Source: an uncultured bacterium (lineage in GTDB: Bacteria > Oederibacteriota > JAAXVQ01). From it: a DNA stretch of 64,000 nucleotides. The position numbers and the translations under genes are program-made. Each line of letters opens with the position of its first letter. Within the stretch, counting starts at the first letter, position 1. The stretch lies in assembly GCA_964593065.1 (NCBI GenBank), contig CAZQGO010000001.1:268565-332564 (forward strand), in the 5' to 3' direction. The notes beneath the pieces were generated by a model that saw only the letters and a program-made list of their open reading frames with translations, was not told the DNA's origin and did no database searches. Below are positions 28,297 to 37,651 of this stretch, one piece after another.

Positions 28297-28671
28297 ATGC
28301 TGAAAGAGAGACGACGCGGGACCAGAATTCAACCCACTTTCCGTGTCCGCACCGAAGTGCTGCAGGAGAAGGGCAATATCCACATGGCGGTTTTTGCGGA
28401 CATCGTAAACCTTTCCGAGAACGGGATCTGCCTGCAGTCTCCCCTGAAACTGAATTTGCGGGATAAAATCGTCATCTTCCTGCCCCGGCTGGACCAGGAA
28501 CTGCCTTTCGTCATTCATGGTGCGGTCATCTGGGTCAAACCGGTCGGCCCGTATATGTTCAAATACGGCGTCAAATTCTCCGGGGTCAGAAAAACCGACG
28601 AAAAGAAGGTGCACACGGAACTGAAGGACATCATGACCTCGTATTTTTCCCAGAAATCCATGGAACTCTGA
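28297..28671 (+). CDS. PilZ domain protein
   Basis: RRGTRIQ (RxxxR) and DIVNLSENGICL (D/NxSxxG) c-di-GMP-binding motifs. Confidence 0.8.
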   Translation: MLKERRRGTRIQPTFRVRTEVLQEKGNIHMAVFADIVNLSENGICLQSPLKLNLRDKIVIFLPRLDQELPFVIHGAVIWVKPVGPYMFKYGVKFSGVRKTDEKKVHTELKDIMTSYFSQKSMEL

Positions 28672-28875
28672 GTCCTCCCCGCATCCTCCGGAAGCGGCCC
28701 GGGGTTCCGCAACCGCCGCTCCCCGCCGAGTTGCACGCCATCCCGCGAGCTTACGGTTCGTGAAAATCCCCGGAGCGGGACCGGTGCGCGCCGGCCCCGA
28801 AAAGACCTGTTGCATTTTGGATGGGCCGGTAGGAAAATGTCGCCGGACCAGATCGCGGCAAAGGGGATGTGCTGG

Positions 28876-29336
28876 ATGCGACGAATCGGGGGCCTTTTCC
28901 TCACGGCATTTTTGACCGCGCCGGTGTGGGCGGCCGTGCCGGCGAAAGGGGTCATCTACCCGGGCGCCAAGCTGGACAAGGCCGAGACCCTAAAACACGC
29001 GCACCTCAAGGCCAAAGCCGGTGACCTGACCCGGAGGTTGATGGGCAGCGTCCGGATCTACACCACCCAGGACAGCTTCCAGAAAGTCTACCGTTATGAC
29101 CGGCGGCTGTTCCCGGAAACCGACCTCAATTTGAAAAAAACCGGCGCCGGCTCCCTTCCGGGCAGATCCTGAATGACGCCTATTTCTGCCTGGATGGCGC
29201 AAAATCCATCAGCCAGTCGAAACACTGGTTGAAACTCCAGCGTCCCTGGAGCGGCGCCGTGAAATTCAATAAACGCATGGAGCCCGATTATTCCGACATC
29301 CGGGACCGGACGGTCATCGGCCTTGTGGAGAGGTGA
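28876..29336 (+). pseudogene. Secreted hypothetical protein interrupted by an apparent 1-nt frameshift near 29160
   Basis: Signal peptide MRRIGGLFLTAFLTAPVWA. Frame 1 stops at 29170-29172, but the -1 frame continues with protein-like, GC3-rich codons (QILNDAYFCLDGAKSISQSKHWLKLQRPWSGAVKFNKRMEPDYSDIRDRTVIGLVER) to a stop at 29334-29336. Confidence 0.4.
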
Positions 29337-29471
29337 TTTCTTCACACCGGGGCCGGACCGGGTGAGGGCCCTGACGCGAGCCCGCTGCGCGGGGCTCCCG
29401 GCGCTTCCGGAATCGTTCCGGGCGGCGGAGAACCCGGAAGCCTCTGAAAGGATCATGCGGGGGAGGGAAAA

Positions 29472-29705
29472 ATGAATTGGCGCATCGTGTCCATACTCAT
29501 GGGATTGGCGGCCTTGAGCGCCGTGCTGATTGCCAGCTACTTCAGGGGGAAATTCTGGGCGGTCATTATTCTGCTGCTGGCCGCGGGCATCGCCTTCATG
29601 GGCTGGGTGTTGTCCCAACGCAGGTTTCTGCTGGCTTCCATCATGGCCTTCCTGCTGGGGGTGCTGGTGGTCCTGATCCTGTTGGTGCTGTTTGGCGTCC
29701 TTTAG
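29472..29705 (+). CDS. Small membrane protein (3 predicted TM helices)
   Basis: 77 aa, almost entirely hydrophobic helices separated by RGKF and SQRRF. GGGAGGGA RBS-like sequence upstream. Confidence 0.45.
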   Translation: MNWRIVSILMGLAALSAVLIASYFRGKFWAVIILLLAAGIAFMGWVLSQRRFLLASIMAFLLGVLVVLILLVLFGVL

Positions 29706-29742
29706 GCCGGACCGGCACGGACGGTCCTCGGCGGAGGGAACC

Positions 29743-30552
29743 ATGAAAATCCCGGGAATGGCGGTAATGCTGGTGCTGCTGGCTGGCGGGCAAACGCACG
29801 GAGAAATCATCACCCAGGAAATCCTCTATCAGCAGGGCGGCACGCGCTTGGCCGGCCTGCTGGCCTATGACGACGCCCGGACCGGACCGCGTCCAGGCCT
29901 GCTCGTGGCTCCCGACTGGATGGGCCCGTCGGAATTCACCACCGAACGCGCCCGGCGCTTGGCCGCGCTGGGATACGCCGTCCTGGTGCTGGACATGTAC
30001 GGGCCGGACGCACGACCGCATGACGCGCAGGCAGCGCGGCGGATTTCGGAACGCTTCAAATCGGACCGGGCGCTGACGCGCGCGCGGGCGGCCGCCGCCC
30101 TCGAGGTTCTGCGCGCCCGGCCGACGGTGGATCCGCGCCGCCTGGCGGCTATGGGATATTGCTTCGGCGGCATGGTGGTGCTGGAACTGGCCCGCAGCGG
30201 CGCCGGCCTGGCCGGAGTCGCGAGCTTTCACGGCGAGCTTGACACGCCCGAACCCGGGGATGCGAAAAACATCCGCGGCAAGGTCTTGATCCTGCACGGA
30301 GCCGACGATCCGCGCGTGCCGCCGGAACAAGTGGCGGCGTTCGAACGGGAAATGCGGGCGGCCCGGGTGGATTGGCAAATGAACGTCTACGGCAACGCGG
30401 TGCATTCCTTCACGAATCCCCGGGCCGGCAGCGACCCTGCCCGCGGCTCGGCCTACAACGCCGAAGCGGACCGCCGCTCCTGGCAGGCCCTGCGGGATTT
30501 CCTGGCCGAACTCTTTCCCGAACGGCCGGCGGCGGAAACGGCCGTTCCGTAA
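29743..30552 (+). CDS. Dienelactone hydrolase family protein
   Basis: Signal peptide, then the DLH fold with nucleophile motif GYCFGG and a later HGADD and H (NAVHSF). Confidence 0.85.
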   Translation: MKIPGMAVMLVLLAGGQTHGEIITQEILYQQGGTRLAGLLAYDDARTGPRPGLLVAPDWMGPSEFTTERARRLAALGYAVLVLDMYGPDARPHDAQAARRISERFKSDRALTRARAAAALEVLRARPTVDPRRLAAMGYCFGGMVVLELARSGAGLAGVASFHGELDTPEPGDAKNIRGKVLILHGADDPRVPPEQVAAFEREMRAARVDWQMNVYGNAVHSFTNPRAGSDPARGSAYNAEADRRSWQALRDFLAELFPERPAAETAVP

Positions 30553-30604
30553 ACGGCGGCCGTCCGGCCCGGCTTGCGCTGCCGGGGCGAGGCAGGAGGC
30601 GGCA

Positions 30605-31567
30605 ATGCAGGCCATTCAGGCACGGCAATACGGCGGACCCGACGTCATGCGGCGGCTGGAGCTGCCCGATCCCGCCCCCGGGGCCGGGCAGGCGGTGGTG
30701 CGCGTGCGCGCCGCCGGCGTCAATCCCGTGGACACGCTCATGCTTGCCGGAACGCAGGGTTATGCGCCCCGGCTGCCATTCACGCCGGGTCTGGACGCGG
30801 CCGGAGTGGTGGAAGCCGTGGGCTCCGGGGTGGAAGGCCTGGCGCCGGGTGAACGGGTCTACCTCTCCGGCTCCTTAAGCGGAACCTATGCCGAGCGCGT
30901 CCTCTGCCAGGCGGGGCAGCTGCATCCCCTGCCCGAGTCCTGTTCTTTTTCCCAGGGCGCGGCCCTGGGGGTGCCTTACGCCGCCGCCTACCGCGCCCTG
31001 TTCCAGAGAGGCCGCGCCCGGCCCGGTGAGACGGTTTTAATCCACGGCGCCACCGGCGGCGTGGGTCTGGCGGCCTTGCAGTGGGCCGCGGCCTCCGGGC
31101 TGGAGGTGCTGGGCACGGCCGGATTCCCGGAAGGGTTGGAGCTGGTCCGGGCGCAGGGCGCGCGCCGGGCCTTCGATCATTTCGATCCGGAACACTTGCA
31201 GCAAGTTCTGGAGTTCACCCGCGGGCGGGGCGTGGATGTGATTCTGGAGATGGCGGCGCACGTCCATCTGGGCCGAGATTTGTCCGTTATGGCGCCCGGC
31301 GGCAGGATCGTGGTCATCGGCAGCCGGGGACCCGTGGAAGTCAACCCGCGGGACCTCATGACCCGCGAGGGCCAAATCCTGGGCTTGTTGGTGTTCAATG
31401 CCTCGGAGCGGGACCGCGCGGAAATTCACGCTGCCCTGGGGGCGGGACTGAATCACGGAACGCTTCAACCCGTGGTCCGCCTGGAATTGCCCCTGGAAGA
31501 TGCGCCCAGGGCCCACTTGGCCTTGGCGGACCAGCACGCCTACGGCAAAGTCATCCTGGTTCCCTAA
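30605..31567 (+). CDS. NADPH:quinone oxidoreductase (zeta-crystallin / MDR family)
   Basis: GVNPVD, PFTPGLDAAGVV and the Rossmann motif HGATGGVGLAA. Confidence 0.88.
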   Translation: MQAIQARQYGGPDVMRRLELPDPAPGAGQAVVRVRAAGVNPVDTLMLAGTQGYAPRLPFTPGLDAAGVVEAVGSGVEGLAPGERVYLSGSLSGTYAERVLCQAGQLHPLPESCSFSQGAALGVPYAAAYRALFQRGRARPGETVLIHGATGGVGLAALQWAAASGLEVLGTAGFPEGLELVRAQGARRAFDHFDPEHLQQVLEFTRGRGVDVILEMAAHVHLGRDLSVMAPGGRIVVIGSRGPVEVNPRDLMTREGQILGLLVFNASERDRAEIHAALGAGLNHGTLQPVVRLELPLEDAPRAHLALADQHAYGKVILVP

Positions 31568-31687
31568 TGACGTCCCGCCTGTGTGGCCGGTACACGAGCC
31601 GGTCCCCGTTCTTCGTCGGTCACTGCCAGGGGAAAAATGGAATTTGAGGCAAGTCCACGTTGACAGGAACCCGGGAATCAGGTAGGA

Positions 31688-31710
31688 TAATTATACATTA
31701 AGTATAATTA
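31688..31710. promoter_or_regulatory. Perfect 9-bp inverted repeat (candidate TetR operator) overlapping a TATAAT box
   Basis: TAATTATAC-attaa-GTATAATTA. The right arm contains TATAAT (31703-31708), 30 nt upstream of the tetR ATG. Confidence 0.55.
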
Positions 31711-31738
31711 CACAAAATGACCAAGGCGGGCGGTAACC

Positions 31739-32449
31739 ATGACTCGTCCGGCCGGCTTAGCCGACCAAAAACTCATTCGCGCCGCATTGGAACTGATTCC
31801 GGAGACGGGATTTTCCGGATTGAAGCTGCGCCGGGTCGCAGACCGGGCCGGCGTCAACCTGGGAATGTTCCATTATCATTTCAAAGATAAAGACGATTTT
31901 TTAAAGCGGGTCGCGGCGGAATTTTACGAGGTGTTTTATACCCGGTTCTCGCTGGGCATCGCCACCAGTTCCAATCCCCTGGCCCAGCTGCGCAAGGCCT
32001 TGACCACGGTGGGCCGGTTTGCCCGGGACCACCGGAAACTGCTGCTGGCCCTGGGCCGGGATATCCAGGATCAGCACGCGTTCACGGTCCGGTTGATCCA
32101 GGACTACGTCAACCGTCACGCCAGTGTCATCGTCGGTTTGGTCATGAAATGTCAGGCCGCCGGCTTGATCGCGGATTATCCGGTTCCGACGGTCATTTCT
32201 TTTCTCATGGGCGCCTTGGCGGCGCCGTCCCTGCTGATGGCCCTGGCCGAAAAGGCCAGGCTTTCGCAACCCTACGAAACCTTGAAAAAGTCCGTTGCCC
32301 CGTATCTGTTGTCCGAAGCAGCCGTGGAGCAAAGGCTGGAATTGGCGCTGCGCGCGCTCGAGCCGGAGCGCCCCGGCCGGGAGCCGGAGAAAATGCCGCC
32401 CGCTCCGCGCAGGGGCGGCGGCGCGAAACCAACCAGGAGGCATCCATGA
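31739..32449 (+). CDS. TetR/AcrR family transcriptional regulator
   Basis: N-terminal HTH (GFSGLKLRRVADRAGVNLGMFHYHF). First gene of the efflux operon; its stop overlaps the next start. Confidence 0.88.
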   Translation: MTRPAGLADQKLIRAALELIPETGFSGLKLRRVADRAGVNLGMFHYHFKDKDDFLKRVAAEFYEVFYTRFSLGIATSSNPLAQLRKALTTVGRFARDHRKLLLALGRDIQDQHAFTVRLIQDYVNRHASVIVGLVMKCQAAGLIADYPVPTVISFLMGALAAPSLLMALAEKARLSQPYETLKKSVAPYLLSEAAVEQRLELALRALEPERPGREPEKMPPAPRRGGGAKPTRRHP

Positions 32450-33837
32450 AACCCCTGATCGTACTCGCCGGCCTGCTCGGCTTGACCGCCGGCGCAGCTT
32501 GGGCCCAGGTGCCGGAACTCTACCTGACCCTGGACCAAGCCGAGCAGCAAACGCTGGAGACCTCGCCGCAATTGCAGGGTAAGGTCTTGGAACTGGAAGC
32601 CGCCAAGGCCCGTGCCGATAGTTACTACGGCTTGTTATGGCCGCGCTTGAGCCTGGAAGCCGCCTGGCGGTATGTCACCGAGGTTCCCAGCATCCAACTG
32701 CCCGGTCCGAGCGCGCCGGAGATCGCCCTGGGCGATCATGTCAGTTATTCGGTCGGACCCATGATTTCCTGGAATATCTGGGACTCGGGGGGCTCGTATT
32801 ACGCCTGGCAGGCCGTCCAGGCTGGCTTGCGCGCCCAGGAACAGGAGCTGGAGGGCCTGCGCCGGGAACTGCGCCTGCGCGTGCGCCTGGCGTATTTCCA
32901 GACCCAGCTGGCCGCCAGCCAGGTCGGCCTGCTCGCGGACGCACTGCAACTCGCGCTGGCCCAGTACCGGGACATCCGGGCGCAGCTGCGCGCCGGCGCC
33001 TCCAGCCGCATCGACGCCTTGTCCTCCCACCAGGATGTGTTGAACGACCTGCGGCAGCTGCGCCGGGCGCGCAATGATTTGGGGGCGGCGGCTCACGATT
33101 TGCTGGGTCTGACGGGTTCGGGCCTGGACCTCGACCTGTCCCTGCCGGTCGGCGCCGATTTGGTGGGCCGTTTGCCGGAGCAGGCCGAACCTCCGACCGT
33201 GGCGATCCGCATGGATCCGCTGCCGGAGTCCCTCCGGCGCCTGGAGGGCGCAGCCTCGGCGGAACTCGACCCGGACTACCCGCGGGTGCGCCAGTTTCTG
33301 GAGCTCGCCGCATCGGCCCGCCAGGCGGCCGCGGGCTTAAGCGCCGGGCATTGGCCGCAAATTCAAATCTACGGCAAGACCAGCCTGGATTACCCCAACG
33401 GGCCGGTGCTCGAGACCATTCATCAGAACACGGCCGGCGTCAACGCCAGCTGGTCCCTATGGGAAGGAGGCCGCGTCGTGAATCAAGTGTCCGTGCAGGA
33501 ACGCACGGCCCTCGCCAGCGAGCAGTACGGCGCGCAAGCCCAGCGGGACCTGATCCAGACTTGGCAGAAGACGCGGGACCGTCTGGGCCAGCTCCGCGCC
33601 GAGCAGGACCTCAACGGACAGGCCGTGGCCGAAACCGACGAACTGGCCGGTCTGGTGTATGCAGCCTACCGCGCCGGGCGTGCGAACTACCTGGAAGTCC
33701 AAAGCGCGAATTACCGGGCCTTGAGCGCGAAAGTCCAGCAGGCGCTGACCCAGGCCCAGATGCTGATCCAGCTGGCCACGCTCGACAGCCTATCCGAGCC
33801 GCAGCAAAATGACGAGGCAGGGGGTCGGGGGCGGTGA
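32446..33837 (+). CDS. TolC-family outer membrane efflux protein
   Basis: Signal peptide MKPLIVLAGLLGLTAGAAWA. Two OEP repeats with long coiled-coil segments. Confidence 0.85.
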   Translation: MKPLIVLAGLLGLTAGAAWAQVPELYLTLDQAEQQTLETSPQLQGKVLELEAAKARADSYYGLLWPRLSLEAAWRYVTEVPSIQLPGPSAPEIALGDHVSYSVGPMISWNIWDSGGSYYAWQAVQAGLRAQEQELEGLRRELRLRVRLAYFQTQLAASQVGLLADALQLALAQYRDIRAQLRAGASSRIDALSSHQDVLNDLRQLRRARNDLGAAAHDLLGLTGSGLDLDLSLPVGADLVGRLPEQAEPPTVAIRMDPLPESLRRLEGAASAELDPDYPRVRQFLELAASARQAAAGLSAGHWPQIQIYGKTSLDYPNGPVLETIHQNTAGVNASWSLWEGGRVVNQVSVQERTALASEQYGAQAQRDLIQTWQKTRDRLGQLRAEQDLNGQAVAETDELAGLVYAAYRAGRANYLEVQSANYRALSAKVQQALTQAQMLIQLATLDSLSEPQQNDEAGGRGR

Positions 33838-33900
33838 GGCCACCGACTGAAACAGGCAGGAAAGCAGGACGCATCGGCGCAGGCCCCTTCGGAGCCTGGG

Positions 33901-34045
33901 GTGGTCAGGGGAAGGCTCCCCGGACTCCGTGCGGGGGGTGACCACGAGCCGAAGAGACCTATTTCCGCTTTCGGCGAGAGCCAGAGGGGAAGCCTCCCCT
34001 CTGGAGAACGCAGCGAAAGCGTCAGGGGAACCTGGGGTTCCCCTG
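33901..34045 (+). repeat. Structured intergenic leader with three related GGGGA/TCCCC hairpins
   Basis: H1 is GGGGA-AGGC-TCCCC (33908-33921), nested in GTGGTCA...TGACCAC (33901-33945). H3 is CCAGAGGGGA-AGCC-TCCCCTCTGG (33981-34004). H5 is CAGGGGAAC-CTGGG-GTTCCCCTG (34023-34045). A further stem is GCCGAAG...CTTTCGGC (33948-33975). Confidence 0.6.
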
Positions 34046-34073
34046 AAAGTTCCTTGACGGGGGAGACCCAGCC

Positions 34074-34808
34074 ATGAAAGACAAAAAGAAGATCATCATT
34101 CCCGTTATCCTGGTGCTGGCCGCGGCGGCGGTCGTGTGGTGGCTCGTGCGCCCGAAACCTTTTTACTATGCCGGCACGATCGAAGCCACGGAAGTCACGC
34201 TCTCCGCCCGCGTGGCTTCGGTCATCGCCAGCCTGCCGGTGCAGGAAGGCGACCCGGTGCTGGCCGGCCAGACGCTCATGACCTTGGCGGGGGAAGACCT
34301 GCGGCTGGCCGCGGACCTGGCGGAAAAGGAATTCCGGCGGGGGCAGAAACTCCTGGCCAACGGCTCGATCACCCAGGCGGCCTTCGATCAGATGAAATTC
34401 AAACGCGACCAGGCGTCTCTGATGCTGTCCTGGTGCACCATTGACTCGCCGGTGACCGGCACGGTCCTGAACCGCTACCGCGAGCCCGGGGAAATGGTGG
34501 CGCCGGGCACGACCTTGTTCACCTTGGCAGACCTCTCCGAGGTCTGGGCCTACATCTACGTCGAGCAGCCCCGGCTGGCCGCTCTGACCCTGGGACAGAT
34601 CGTGGAGGGAAGCCTGCCGGAAATGCCGGACCGGGCTTTCATGGGCAAAATCGTCTTTCTGCGCCCGGAAGCGGAATTCACCCCCAAAAACGTGCAAACC
34701 CGGAGCGAACGCACGCGCTTAGTGTACGGAGTGAAAATCTCCTTCCCCAACCCGGACAAGATCCTGAAACCCGGCATGACGATCGAAGTGCGGCTGCCGG
34801 AAAAGTAG
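34074..34808 (+). CDS. HlyD-family periplasmic adaptor (YbhG-like)
   Basis: N-terminal TM, then lipoyl-like and beta-barrel segments (GTIEATEV...LPVQEGDPV...IDSPVTGTV...GMTIEV). Confidence 0.85.
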   Translation: MKDKKKIIIPVILVLAAAAVVWWLVRPKPFYYAGTIEATEVTLSARVASVIASLPVQEGDPVLAGQTLMTLAGEDLRLAADLAEKEFRRGQKLLANGSITQAAFDQMKFKRDQASLMLSWCTIDSPVTGTVLNRYREPGEMVAPGTTLFTLADLSEVWAYIYVEQPRLAALTLGQIVEGSLPEMPDRAFMGKIVFLRPEAEFTPKNVQTRSERTRLVYGVKISFPNPDKILKPGMTIEVRLPEK

Positions 34809-34872
34809 TCCGCCGCCGGATCCGGCGACGCGGAAGGTCCAAGTACGCGGGGAGAACAGGAGAACCGGGACC

Positions 34873-35607
34873 ATGTCCTTGATCGGCATTGAGGTGCAAA
34901 ACGTGCGCAAGCGCCTGGGAGCGGTCCAGGCGCTGGACGGGATCCGCACGCGTTTCGAACCGGCCTTGTTGCACGGCATCATCGGGCCGGATGGAGCCGG
35001 GAAAACCACCCTGCTGCGCACCCTGATCGGCCTGCTGCATCCGGACGCCGGGCAGGTGGTGTATCTGGCCGACGACCGCCCCGTGTCTTTTGGAGCCGTG
35101 CGCCCCCAATTCGCCTACATGCCCCAGCAGCAAAGCCTTTATCCCGACCTGTCCGTGGGGGAACACTTGGATTTTTTCCGCGACCTGTACTTGATTCCGC
35201 GGAAAGTCTACGAGCCCAGGCGGGCCGAACTGCTGCACTTGACGCGCCTGGAGGCTTTTCAGGACCGCCCGGCCGGCAAGCTTTCGGGCGGCATGTATAA
35301 GAAACTGGGTTTGATGTGCGCCTTGCTGCAGTCCCCGACGGTGGTCCTGCTGGACGAGCCGACCAACGGCGTGGACCCGATCAGCCGCCGCGAATTCTGG
35401 GATCTGCTCTACCGCCTGGTGCGCCAGCAAATCCTGGTGATTCTTTCCACCGCCTACATGGACGAAGCCGAGCGCTGCAGCCGGGTGCATGCCCTGGACA
35501 ACGGGCGGGTCCTGGCCGCGGGCGAACCGCGGAGCCTCCTGCGCGAGGCCCGGGCCGGCAATTTCGAGGAATTGTTCCGCAAACGATCGGAGGCGGGCCG
35601 GCCATGA
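34873..35607 (+). CDS. ABC transporter ATP-binding protein (first half of a split YbhF-like pair)
   Basis: Walker A GPDGAGKTT, signature LSGGMYKK and Walker B VVLLDEPT. Confidence 0.9.
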   Translation: MSLIGIEVQNVRKRLGAVQALDGIRTRFEPALLHGIIGPDGAGKTTLLRTLIGLLHPDAGQVVYLADDRPVSFGAVRPQFAYMPQQQSLYPDLSVGEHLDFFRDLYLIPRKVYEPRRAELLHLTRLEAFQDRPAGKLSGGMYKKLGLMCALLQSPTVVLLDEPTNGVDPISRREFWDLLYRLVRQQILVILSTAYMDEAERCSRVHALDNGRVLAAGEPRSLLREARAGNFEELFRKRSEAGRP

Positions 35608-36533
35608 AGCAGACGCCCTGGGCGGTCCAGGTCAGGGATCTCAGCGTGCGCTTCGGCAATTTCACGGCCGTGGACCATATTTCCTTTGCGGTCCGGCGGG
35701 GGGAAATCTTCGGCTTTCTCGGCGCCAACGGCGCGGGCAAGACCACGACCATCCGCGTGTTGTGCGGGTTGCTGGTCCCCAGTTCGGGCCAGGTCTGCAT
35801 TTCGGACCTGGACTGCACCGCCGACGCCCGCGCGGTCAAGGCCAAGGTGGGCTACATGTCCCAACGCTTCACCCTCTACAACGATCTGACCGTGGAGGAG
35901 AACCTGGCGTTCGCGGCCAGCCTGCGCAAGCTTTCCGAGGAGACGATCCGCCGCCGCACCCGGGAGCTCTTCTCGTTCGTGGATTTCACCTTTCCGGTCA
36001 CAACCCGCGTGGCGGACCTGCCCGGGGGCATCAAGCAACAGCTGGCGCTGGCCGCCGCCCTGCTCCATGACCCGGAAATCGTCTTTTTGGACGAACCCAC
36101 GGCCGGCGTGGCGCCTGCGGTGCGGGCGCGCTTCTGGGAACTCATCCGCAAACTGGCGCAGGCCGGCAAGACCCTGTTCGTGACCACCCACTACCTGGAC
36201 GAGGCCGAAAACTGCGAGCGCATCGCCTTGATGCGCGAGGGCCGGATCATCGCGCTCGACAGCCCCGCCCGCTTGAAGGCCGCCACCTTCCGCGAGCCGC
36301 TGCTGGAGATCGAGCCGAAACTGGGCGCCCCGCGCACATGGGTGGAGAACCTGCAACTGGATCCGAAGGTCGCCCGCCTCCAGCCCTACGGACGGCGGTA
36401 CCACGTCCTGATCCTGGATCCCAAGGCGTGGCGGAAGATCGCGGCCCGCATGCCCAAGACGTTCAAGCTGCGGACCATTTCACCCTCCTTGGAGGACGTG
36501 TTCATCCGGCTGGTGGAAGGGGAGCGGGCATGA
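35604..36533 (+). CDS. ABC transporter ATP-binding protein (second half of a split YbhF-like pair)
   Basis: ATGA overlap with the previous gene. Walker A GANGAGKTT, signature LPGGIKQQ and Walker B IVFLDEPT. Confidence 0.9.
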   Translation: MKQTPWAVQVRDLSVRFGNFTAVDHISFAVRRGEIFGFLGANGAGKTTTIRVLCGLLVPSSGQVCISDLDCTADARAVKAKVGYMSQRFTLYNDLTVEENLAFAASLRKLSEETIRRRTRELFSFVDFTFPVTTRVADLPGGIKQQLALAAALLHDPEIVFLDEPTAGVAPAVRARFWELIRKLAQAGKTLFVTTHYLDEAENCERIALMREGRIIALDSPARLKAATFREPLLEIEPKLGAPRTWVENLQLDPKVARLQPYGRRYHVLILDPKAWRKIAARMPKTFKLRTISPSLEDVFIRLVEGERA

Positions 36534-37651
36534 CGGGCGGATTTTATCTCAGCCGGGCCGCCTCCATGGCGCGCAAGGAAATCCGGCACATCCTCCGCGA
36601 CCCCTTCACCCTGGCCTGGGCCGTGGGTCTGCCCATCGTGATGATGCTGTTCTTCGGCTATGCCATCGACTTCAACGTGCGCGAGGTGCGTCTCGTGGCC
36701 GCCGACCGCGACCATACCCGGGCCTCCCGGGAACTGCTCTCGCTGTTCGGCAGTTCGCGCTTTTTCCGCGTCCAACCCCTGGAGGCGGGACGCTCGGCGC
36801 CCGCGGATCTGGTTCAGGAAAAGACCAAGGGGGTCTTGATCGTCGAGCCGGGGTTTGGCCGCGACCTGGGCGCGGGCCGGCCGGTTCAGGTCCAATTGCT
36901 TTTGGACGGCGCGGATAATTCCACCACCGGTCTCATCGTCTCCTACTTCGCGGGCATCCAGCAGCTGGCCTGGAAACGCCTGGCCCTCGCAGTGCCGCGC
37001 GCGCCCGTGGCCTTGGTCACGCGCTATCTGTTCAATCCCGAACTCAACAGCCACTGGTTCGTGGTGCCGGGCCTGGCCGTGGTGGTCATGGGCATCCTGT
37101 CCATCATTCTCACCGCGCTGACCGTGGCGCGGGAATGGGAGACCGGGTCCATGGAACTGCTGTTGTCCACGCCGGTGCGGCCTCTGGAAATCATCCTGGG
37201 CAAACTGGCCCCCTATCTCGGCCTGGTCTTCGCCACCGTGGTCTTCATCTATCTGATGGCCCGCCTGCAGTTCGGCGTGCCGTTCCGCGGCAGCCACCTG
37301 ACGTACCTGGTCGGCGTGATCCTCTTTTTAACCCTATGCCTGGCCCAGGGTCTATTGATCTCCGTCCTGACCCGCCAGCAGACCGTGGCCGTCCAGGTGT
37401 CCTTCATCTCGGGCTTGCTGCCGACCCTGCTCCTGTCCGGGTTCATTTTCCCGATCGAGAGCATGCCGGGCTTCTTCCAGGGGCTCACCTTCATCCTGCC
37501 GCCGCGCTGGTTCGTGACCGTGAGCCGGGGCCTGTTCCTCAAGGGCGCCGGCCTGGCTGAACTCGCCCTGCCCCTGGGCATGCTAACGCTGTTAAACCTG
37601 CTCATGGTGGGGGCCTCCCTCAGGGCCTTCAAGCGGGACGTGGAGCCATGA
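36530..37651 (+). CDS. ABC-2 type transporter permease (YbhS/YbhR-like)
   Basis: ATGA overlap with the previous gene. ARKEIRHILRDPFTL N-terminus, a large extracytoplasmic loop, then 5 C-terminal TM helices. Confidence 0.88.
   Translation: MTGGFYLSRAASMARKEIRHILRDPFTLAWAVGLPIVMMLFFGYAIDFNVREVRLVAADRDHTRASRELLSLFGSSRFFRVQPLEAGRSAPADLVQEKTKGVLIVEPGFGRDLGAGRPVQVQLLLDGADNSTTGLIVSYFAGIQQLAWKRLALAVPRAPVALVTRYLFNPELNSHWFVVPGLAVVVMGILSIILTALTVAREWETGSMELLLSTPVRPLEIILGKLAPYLGLVFATVVFIYLMARLQFGVPFRGSHLTYLVGVILFLTLCLAQGLLISVLTRQQTVAVQVSFISGLLPTLLLSGFIFPIESMPGFFQGLTFILPPRWFVTVSRGLFLKGAGLAELALPLGMLTLLNLLMVGASLRAFKRDVEP

Noticed and set aside
27185-28671. Patatin plus PilZ as a CBASS-like or cyclic-nucleotide-activated effector module
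   Set aside because: No CD-NTase/cyclase or cap genes are nearby. The two genes are divergent and separated by their own promoter region. The patatin carries a signal/anchor typical of housekeeping RssA-type lipases.
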